Below are positions 17,416 through 24,443 of a stretch of DNA of 64,000 bases, piece by piece. The DNA lies in the IMG/VR virus record IMGVR_UViG_3300036803_000075, positions 32,001-96,000 of that record, one strand, 5' to 3'. This DNA comes from a virus. Its lineage: Duplodnaviria; Caudoviricetes. The notes under the pieces were generated by a model that was not told the DNA's origin, did no database searches, and saw only the letters and a list, made by a program, of their open reading frames with translations. How positions within the stretch are numbered: the first letter of the stretch is position 1; the number at the start of each line of letters is the position of its first letter. Made by a program: the position numbers and the translations under genes.

Positions 17416-17970
17416 TTGACTGCTATCTTCGACTCCGAAAACCCGCAGTGGCGGCCGATCTACGACGGTCTTAAGAAGGCCGGTCTCGAATTCGATCGTC
17501 TTTTCAGCTGGGACACACTGAAAGCCATCGCAGGATACGACATCCGGCTGAATCGCAGTGCCTTCTACGCGGCAGTAAAGCAGCTGGAAGAGCACGACAA
17601 GCGTACGTTGGTCAGTGTGTGGGGCAAGGGATATCGCGTGGCTCCAGCGCCCGAGCATCATAAGCTCGGGCTCAAGCACCAGCTCAAGGCCAAGCGTGCC
17701 GTACGGCGCGGCGCGCGCAAGGTCAAGGCGGCTGACACGTCTCATCTCACTGCCGAGCAGATCCACGCCAACGAGCAGCTGATCTTCCGACTCCATCGTC
17801 ACGAAACTCAGCTGATCAACCACGAGACCCGGATCAGCGCACTGGAGAGGGAGACTGGGAAAACTCGCCGTGAGCTGGACGAGTTGAACAAGCAGTCTGA
17901 GCTGGCACGCCGGCTCAAGGCGCTGGGTATCAATGTCCCCAAGAGTGCCCCTGACACCGTCGAGGGGTAA
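17416..17970 (+). CDS. Partner protein: putative winged-HTH plus coiled coil
   Basis: TTG start 1 nt after the RAMP stop with AGGAGG SD; wing-like LVSVWGKGYRV; C-terminal heptad pattern. Confidence 0.7.
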   Translation: MTAIFDSENPQWRPIYDGLKKAGLEFDRLFSWDTLKAIAGYDIRLNRSAFYAAVKQLEEHDKRTLVSVWGKGYRVAPAPEHHKLGLKHQLKAKRAVRRGARKVKAADTSHLTAEQIHANEQLIFRLHRHETQLINHETRISALERETGKTRRELDELNKQSELARRLKALGINVPKSAPDTVEG

Positions 17971-17973
17971 CAG

Positions 17974-19447
17974 GGCCTGGCCTGGCCGGGTGAGGCGGGA
18001 CGAGGCTAGGTGAGGCGAGGTTCGGCAACGTCGGGCCGGGTAGGGCGAGACTGGGCGCGGCGAGGTCAGGCTGGGTTGGACAAGGAAGCACAAAATGGGT
18101 GACTGGCAGTCTCCGAGGTTCGAGGCCTCGGCACCCACGCTCCTTTCGGGAGTCAAGACGGGGCAGGGCGCGGTGAGGTGTGGCCTGGTGGGGTGAGGCT
18201 TGGCGTGGTGAGGCTTGGGATTTTAAAATGGACGACCGGCAGCCACTAGGGTTCAAGGCCCTAGCGTTCACGCTCACTACGGTGAGTTGAGGCCCGGTTT
18301 GGTACGGCAAGGCGTGACAGGGCATGGCTCGGCCCGGCGAGGTCCGGCGCGGCAGGGCGCGGCATGATTGGGCGCCGTATGCCATGGCAAGGTGAGGCAT
18401 GGCAAGGAATTACAGAGCGAGCGGCACACTTCCGGGTTCGAGTCCTGGACGCTCGCGGCCGTCCTCGGGCGGCTCGTGGCAAGCCTAGGTTGGGTTTGGC
18501 ATGGCAATGTTAGGTAGGGCTCGGCTTGGTCCGGTGCGGCAAAGCGCGGTTAGGTTTGGCATGGCAACAAACTGGGTGAGCGGCACACTCTTCGGTCCGA
18601 GTCCGAAGCACCCACGGCTACTCCGGTAGCTCGTGGCTTGGTGCGGCGCGGCAGCGCATGGTTGGGCCTGGCATGGCAGGGAATTTACTGAGCGGATGGT
18701 CGTACGGGAGGTTCGACTCCTCTTGCGTTCACGCCCTCTTTGGGGGTCAGGGCACGGCTAGGCTGGGCGCGGTAGGGCTGGGTACGATTCGGTCTGGCGG
18801 GGCAAGGCTTGGGATATACCAGTGCGAATGGCATACCTCTCGGTTCGAGTCTGAGACGCTCACGCTCTCTTCGAGAGTCAGGGCAGGGCGACGCCAGGCA
18901 TGGTTAAGTTGGGTGCGGCTGGACGCGGTGCGGCAAGGTTTGACTTGACGTGGCAAGGCGAGGCAGAGCTGGGTCAGGCAGGGCAGCAACAACACTGTGT
19001 CGACGGTCTTCGAGAGGGTTCGACTCCCTCTGACACGCGCTCTCTTCGAGAGTCAGGGCGGGGCTAGGCAGGGCAACGTATGGCCCGGCGCGGTAAGGCT
19101 TGGCTAGGTTGGGTTGGGTCCGGTGGAGTGTGGCTAGGTATGGAGTGCCGACGGTCTGCGAGGAGGTTCGACTCCTTCTGGCACACGCTCTCTTCGGAGA
19201 GGCGGGGCTAGGTGCGGCGTGGCTTGGTGGGGCACGGTGCGGTCAGGCCGGGCATGACAAGGATCAAAAATCTGGACGAGCAGCACACTTCTGGGTGCGA
19301 GTCCCAGACGCCCACGCTCACTCCAGTGAGTACGTGGCCAGGCGTGGCATGGTAGGGCACGGTCCGGCTGGGTCGGGCGCGGTAGGGCTAGGCACTGGGC
19401 ATGGTTTGGTACGCCTAGGTGAGATGTGGCATGGCTTGGTATGGCAG
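17974..19447 (+). repeat. Array B: ten GGY-NN pentamer tracts separated by nine tRNA-like minihelices
   Basis: Tracts 17974-18083 (22), 18157-18216 (12), 18291-18405 (23), 18478-18567 (18), 18635-18679 (9), 18751-18810 (12), 18882-18986 (21), 19057-19141 (17), 19201-19260 (12), 19336-19447 (22, one 2-nt slip). Confidence 0.92.
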
Positions 19448-19468
19448 GGATCTGTTAAAATCCCTGCC

Positions 19469-19819
19469 ATGAGCACCTGAAGAGATCGAAAGCCAGCGCT
19501 GTCCGTCACCAAGGACGATTGTGAATGGCAGTATTTTCGAGCCGGCGGCCCTGGCGGTCAGCATCAAAACAAGACCTCGTCCGGGGCTCGGGTGATCCAC
19601 CATCCGTCCGGCGCCCGTGGCGAGTCCCGGGAGGAGCGCAGTCAGCTCCAAAACCGTAAGGCTGCCTGGCGCCGGATGGTGGCCGATCCGAAGTTCAAGA
19701 TCTGGATCAACACCCAGCTTTATGGTCTCGAGCTGGCGGAATCCAAGGTCGCCAGGGACATGGCGGAGAAGAACATCCGGGTCGAAGTCAAGAAAGACGG
19801 GAAATGGATATGCCAGTAG
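19469..19819 (+). CDS. RF-1-domain (GGQ) release-factor/peptidyl-tRNA-hydrolase-like protein with an in-frame TGA at codon 4
   Basis: Hand translation upstream of track ORF 19592: YFRAGGPGGQHQNKTSSGARVIHHPSG...ERSQLQNRKAAWRRM; begins ATG AGC ACC TGA AGA. Confidence 0.8.
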
Positions 19820-20007
19820 AAGTGCAAGGCTGCCGAACCGAAGACGACCCCGAGGGGATGTTGCACTTCAAGGATGGCAATGACCCCAACTTGTATGCGT
19901 ACTGTGGCGTTCGGGTCCAAATCATGACCAGCAATTGGCTTCTAGCCAATTGCTGTCCTATTTGCGAGGCGAAACGTCTTACGGTCTATAAGGAGCAGAA
20001 GATCTAG
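19804..20007 (+). CDS. Small Cys-rich hypothetical protein
   Basis: ORF track; H...CG...CxxC. Confidence 0.5.
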   Translation: MDMPVEVQGCRTEDDPEGMLHFKDGNDPNLYAYCGVRVQIMTSNWLLANCCPICEAKRLTVYKEQKI

Positions 20008-20360
20008 TCTCCGTTCTCCCGCTCCTTGCGCTGTTCCAGCTCCTGGTCGCTCTCGTCCTCGGCCGTCATCAGGTCGTCGCCGTCGTCCACACCCAGTCGG
20101 CGGAGGATCTCGTCGAGCTTGAGATTGAGAGCGAGATTGTCCCGGTTCTGGGTGTTCTGAATGATGAACACCATCAAAAAAGTGATGATCGTCGTGCTGG
20201 TGTTGATCACCAACTGCCAGGTGTCTGAGAAGCCCAACAGCGGCCCGCTGGCGCCCCATACGAGCAGAGCGCCCAGCGCGGCCACAAACACCCAGCCCCG
20301 GCCGAGAATGGCCGAGATCTTGCTGGTGAACCTGGTGAAGACCCCACCCTTTTTACTCAT
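20004..20360 (-). CDS. Low-affinity iron permease (Fet4-like) family membrane protein
   Basis: FSDTWQLVINTSTTIITFLMVFIIQNTQNRD..AL.LKLDE signature; ATG at 20360 couples to the upstream stop. Confidence 0.85.
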   Translation of the reverse strand: MSKKGGVFTRFTSKISAILGRGWVFVAALGALLVWGASGPLLGFSDTWQLVINTSTTIITFLMVFIIQNTQNRDNLALNLKLDEILRRLGVDDGDDLMTAEDESDQELEQRKERENGD

Positions 20361-22435
20361 GCTGTCGGAGTCACCCAAGTAGTTCCATTCCACACCTTAA
20401 CGGGCGCCTGTACCCATGAGGTTCCATTCCAAATCTTTACTGGCGCATGCACCCAAGTAGTTCCATTCCACACCTTCATCGCGCCGCCGGAGGGGGCCGT
20501 GTACGTCTTCGTCAGCGTGATGTGGCTGGCACCCGAGGAGTCATAGCCGGTGCCCGTGACGGTGATCTGCTGGCCATTATCGACAACATCGAACCAGCCA
20601 TATTGCTGGCTGTAGACCGAGCTGCTCTGGGGCACCGGGTAGATCCCAGCGGAGTACGTACCGTTGCCGGCATAGGTTGTCTGGTCCAGCGGTGAGGCAC
20701 AGAAGATCTGCAGACCGCTCGGGGAGTGGGTCCCGTCATCCGCCGCCAGCACATGCAGGTCACCATGGATCATCATCACCCGGACACCGTTGGCGTTGAT
20801 GAAGTTGCCGATCTCCGTACGCTCGGTGTTGTAAGCCGACCAGGTGTCGTCGCCGACGTACGTGGTGCCGTTGTTCCACGCGTCCTCATGGAACCAGATC
20901 TTGACCGGCTCGGGCTGCAGCAGCTGAGCCTTCAGCCAGTCCTTCTGGGTGCTCCCGAGCTTGGTCTTGCTGGAGTTGTCCGTCTGGGCGATCGGACTCA
21001 TGTACGACCGGCCGTCGGTGCAGATATAGCGCACCCGGCCGGCCACGAAGGTGAAGTACGTTCCCGCGTTGTCCGCCGCCGGCAGCGTATAGCTCGGCAC
21101 CCGGTTCCGGTAGACGGACTGGGCAGCCGCGTGGGCGACCGCAGTACCGTCGTTGTTCGAGCCGCCGCCGGAGTCGTGGTCAGACCAGATGTAACTGATG
21201 CTGGTGCTGGAGAAGAGCGACTGCTGCCGCTGGCAGCTCATCACCTCGTCCCACGCCCGGTTGAACAACGTCGTGTCATTGGCCACGATGTCTCGGTAGT
21301 TCAGGTCTCCCAGGTGCTGGAAGAACAACGCCGTCCGAGATCCCGCCCCCACCGAGCCGGTGCGTGTGCGGATCTGGTCGAAGTTGATGTCATTACTGAA
21401 GGTCTTGGCACATGAGGCAGCAGCGAAGGAATAGCTAGCGGGGCTGCCTGCTACCGGGAACGTCCGCACCGTACCGACAGACTGGGTGTCGATCGTTCCG
21501 TCCAGCTCCAGACCGTAGTAGTACGTGGTGTTCGCAGTCAGCCCTGAAATAGCGAACTTAGCCAATCCATTGGCGTCAGGCGTGGCCGCGCTGGAAAAGA
21601 CTGGGCTCGTCAGCAGATCGCTAGTGGTAGAGACCTTCACCCTCGCGGACGCCGTGTTAACCGTTCGAGAGGAGACATTGAATCCAGTAGCGGTCGCTCC
21701 ACCGGCCCAACGGGAAAGGCAGGTCTGGTACATCGCTGGGTATCCGACATCGGAAAATCCCGCATTCGCTGCGTAATAAGCGATAGCGGCAGTGGCGTTA
21801 ACCGTCCCTACCACGCCGCAGTACATAGCCGTGCCGGTGTTGAATGTAGCCGTGCTGGTGATGGTCTGGGCAGGTGAGCCAAAGGCTGCAGTCGGGAAGG
21901 ATCGAACCTCCAGCTGCCCGACCGTGGCAGAGAAAGTCACCTTCCATTCAATGCGACCCCAGGTATTCGCCGTCAAGGCACCCGTGGTGGTCGTGGCGGC
22001 AGACGCTCCTGTCGAATCCCGAGCTGAGATCAGACCACTAGAAAGCACTCGCAGAGTAGCCATGATAGCGCCCGAAGTATTCAAGATCGCCATGACGGCT
22101 TGGGAGCTGCCTGGAAGCGAGGGAAAGTTAACGTCGATCCAGCCATAAATGGTGGTCGCGCTCGTCTGGAACATCCCCGCTGGACTAGCGGCGCCAGTGT
22201 TCCACCGGGTATACGCCTGGGCGTCGGTGGCATTCGCTACTACGTGAAGGGTATTGACTCCGGTCGACCGTACGACCGTATTGCTGTAGGCCAATGCTGC
22301 CGTACCACCGATCGTGGGCAAGAAGTCAAAGGCCCATCCAGGCCCACCACCAGAGTTGCCGGCAGTGGTAGGCATGTTAGGCACCACCAGCGCCGCACCA
22401 TTGGGGCCATTCAGGCTATTGAAAACTCGCGTCAT
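20357..22435 (-). CDS. Virion-associated protein: beta-sandwich + FN3-like + PhoD-like metallophosphoesterase
   Basis: FAAASC, HLGDLNYRD, IWSDHD, TDGRSY, LG..QKDWLK, IHGDLH motifs; C-terminal VKxWNGTxW x3; lies at the end of the tail module. Confidence 0.8.
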   Translation of the reverse strand: MTRVFNSLNGPNGAALVVPNMPTTAGNSGGGPGWAFDFLPTIGGTAALAYSNTVVRSTGVNTLHVVANATDAQAYTRWNTGAASPAGMFQTSATTIYGWIDVNFPSLPGSSQAVMAILNTSGAIMATLRVLSSGLISARDSTGASAATTTTGALTANTWGRIEWKVTFSATVGQLEVRSFPTAAFGSPAQTITSTATFNTGTAMYCGVVGTVNATAAIAYYAANAGFSDVGYPAMYQTCLSRWAGGATATGFNVSSRTVNTASARVKVSTTSDLLTSPVFSSAATPDANGLAKFAISGLTANTTYYYGLELDGTIDTQSVGTVRTFPVAGSPASYSFAAASCAKTFSNDINFDQIRTRTGSVGAGSRTALFFQHLGDLNYRDIVANDTTLFNRAWDEVMSCQRQQSLFSSTSISYIWSDHDSGGGSNNDGTAVAHAAAQSVYRNRVPSYTLPAADNAGTYFTFVAGRVRYICTDGRSYMSPIAQTDNSSKTKLGSTQKDWLKAQLLQPEPVKIWFHEDAWNNGTTYVGDDTWSAYNTERTEIGNFINANGVRVMMIHGDLHVLAADDGTHSPSGLQIFCASPLDQTTYAGNGTYSAGIYPVPQSSSVYSQQYGWFDVVDNGQQITVTGTGYDSSGASHITLTKTYTAPSGGAMKVWNGTTWVHAPVKIWNGTSWVQAPVKVWNGTTWVTPTA

Positions 22436-22445
22436 CTTTTATCTC

Positions 22446-23930
22446 CTACGCGGCCGTGTTGAGAGTCCAGCTGGTGTCGTCGTTCTTGAGCAGGTTCGCG
22501 GCCGACTGCTGGAGGATCTTGTTGCCGCTGTTGGGCGCGATAAGCCCAGAAACCTTGCAGGTGGCCGTGGTGTACACCGCCGGCCGGGTGAGTGGGGTGT
22601 TGGAGGTCTGAGCGGCACCACCCAGGAACGTGCAGCCCTGAACCAAATGGTCCGCCCCGCCCTGGATCTGGATGATTCCCTTGGTGCCAGCGCCGGCCAC
22701 GGCGGTGTTGAAGAAGATGCAACCAATCATGGCCACACCCGCACCGCCCGTGATGTTGATGGCGGGAGCCTGCTGCCAGGTCGTCGAGGTGTTCCGCCCC
22801 GTACCGTCGAACCTCGTTCGCAAGAAATAAAGATCTCCGTACGATCCCTCGACCTTGATCCCGCCGCAGACCTGCGGGGTGATGTAGACCGACCCCACCG
22901 TGGTCCGGGACATGTGAGCGAGGCGCATGTACCAGGACGCGGCGGGGATGTTCACGGCCGAAAGGAAGGACTGCCCCTCCAGCCAGTAATTGTTGTCCGA
23001 GCCCGCCAGGTAGAACTGCGTGTCCGTACCGGCGTTGGTGTACATCCGCTCGATGGAGACCCGCAGATGCCGGGACTGCATGACAGTTTTAAATCCCACC
23101 CAGCCGCCATCCCGGAAGCTGGCGTCCACCAGGATCGGGCCGTTGGACAGATCCGAGGTCGGGGTGAGGAAGTAGTTACTCCCGGTACCGGTGAAGCAGA
23201 TCCCGTGGATATAGAAGTCCTTGGCTCCCGTGCTGGGACCGCCGGCCGGGTCCACCGAGAAGAGGCCGGTGCCGGTGACGTGCACGACGCACTGCCGGCT
23301 GAACTCCCGCTCCATACCGCCCAGCGGACCGGAGATCCGCAGTCCGGAGATGGTCAGCGGGTAGGTGTTCGCGAAGGTGTGCGTGCGGTTGGCCAGCACC
23401 AGGGTCGGCTTGTACGTCTGAGCCCCGATGTAGCTCATGGCGTTGGCCATCTTGATGTCGTCAGAGGCCCCTGAGAAGCTGTCCAGGGCCACGATACCGA
23501 GCTGGGCTAGGTTGGCTGACCCTCCGCCTCCGCCACCGCCAGGCTGGTTCTCAAGCACCGTTACGCGGTTGCCCAGGCTGGTCACGCTGGTCTGCAGTGT
23601 GACGATGTTGCCCTCGTTGGTCGTGACCCGAGTGCCCAGCGCGTTGATGTCGTCCGCCACCGGGACGAGTACGTCCACGTCCTCCACGAAGACCTCGTTG
23701 GAGGCGCCGACCGTGATGCCGATCCGCACCCGCAGTGAGGCTTCGGTGTAGAAGGAAATGTTCCCCGTCAGTGAGGTGAAGGGGTTGGACATCGTGGAGG
23801 CGGTCACCGCGTTCGGGTAGATCGGCACCGTGATCGGTGTCGTCGTACTCGGCTGCAGAAGGCGTACCTGTGCCCCAGCCACCACATTGCCCTGGCTGTC
23901 GACGATCTTGGTCTGGTAATGGGCTCTCAC
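22446..23930 (-). CDS. Tail fibre/spike with adaptor N-terminus, coiled coil and putative beta-helix
   Basis: N-terminus paralogous to 24075-24434; heptad segment; GASDD..MANA start of a pectate-lyase-like repeat. Confidence 0.65.
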   Translation of the reverse strand: MRAHYQTKIVDSQGNVVAGAQVRLLQPSTTTPITVPIYPNAVTASTMSNPFTSLTGNISFYTEASLRVRIGITVGASNEVFVEDVDVLVPVADDINALGTRVTTNEGNIVTLQTSVTSLGNRVTVLENQPGGGGGGGSANLAQLGIVALDSFSGASDDIKMANAMSYIGAQTYKPTLVLANRTHTFANTYPLTISGLRISGPLGGMEREFSRQCVVHVTGTGLFSVDPAGGPSTGAKDFYIHGICFTGTGSNYFLTPTSDLSNGPILVDASFRDGGWVGFKTVMQSRHLRVSIERMYTNAGTDTQFYLAGSDNNYWLEGQSFLSAVNIPAASWYMRLAHMSRTTVGSVYITPQVCGGIKVEGSYGDLYFLRTRFDGTGRNTSTTWQQAPAINITGGAGVAMIGCIFFNTAVAGAGTKGIIQIQGGADHLVQGCTFLGGAAQTSNTPLTRPAVYTTATCKVSGLIAPNSGNKILQQSAANLLKNDDTSWTLNTAA

Positions 23931-24074
23931 GTTGCCTCCTCTACTCCTTCGGTGTGCTGACTACGAGTAGGGAAGTGACGCCATACTCAGGCGGCTGCTC
24001 GACGATCACCGTCGCGTTCGACAGACTCACGTCAGCGACGACGAGAATCGGCTCCAGATAGATCACGGCGTCCA

Positions 24075-24434
24075 TCACAGCCCCGTGGTATCCACCCAAA
24101 TTGTCGTGTAGGAAACGGGGCTCGACGGAGCGGTGTTCTGCACGAACAGGGCCTGACTGGACGGCGGCAGCAGCAGGTCCACGTCCTCAATAAAATACTC
24201 CGGATTGGCGCCTACGGTGACTCCGAAGCGGACCCGCAACGGAGAGTCGCAGTACACGCTCACCGAACCGTCCGCTGAGGTGAACGGGTTGGCCAGCGGA
24301 GTACCAGAATCGGCACTGCCGTAGATCGTCTGGGAGATCAGCGTCGTGGTGCCCGGGTTGAGCAACCGAACCGAGGCGCCCGTCAGGACGTTGCCCTGGT
24401 TGTCGACGACTGTCGTCTGGAAATGGGCTCGCAT
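24075..24434 (-). CDS. Minor tail protein (adaptor module)
   Basis: MRAHFQTTVVDNQGNVL.GA.VRLL.P.TTT shared with 22446-23930. Confidence 0.65.
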   Translation of the reverse strand: MRAHFQTTVVDNQGNVLTGASVRLLNPGTTTLISQTIYGSADSGTPLANPFTSADGSVSVYCDSPLRVRFGVTVGANPEYFIEDVDLLLPPSSQALFVQNTAPSSPVSYTTIWVDTTGL

Positions 24435-24443
24435 TGGTTACTC

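Noticed and set aside
16277-19314. Minihelices as functional tRNAs or a decayed tRNA cluster
   Set aside because: They uniformly lack anticodon and D arms yet keep pairing, which fits purpose-built elements
16181-19447. Canonical CRISPR array
   Set aside because: No identical direct repeats with unique spacers and no cas1/cas2; the punctuating elements vary in sequence and are tRNA-like
16201-19447. Simple microsatellite or G-quadruplex-only explanation
   Set aside because: NN positions are diverse rather than homogenised, the third-position pyrimidine and phase are conserved, and cassettes have fixed flanking structures; two-tier G4 formation is possible but does not explain this
16199-19512. 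Track ORFs spanning the pentamer tracts (e.g. 16199-16432, 16308-16679, 16447-16698, 17930-18400, 18277-18507, 18658-18948, 19100-19480)
   Set aside because: Low-complexity G/A/R/W or P/C/H translations produced by a 5-nt period; no SD; structure is conserved at the RNA level instead
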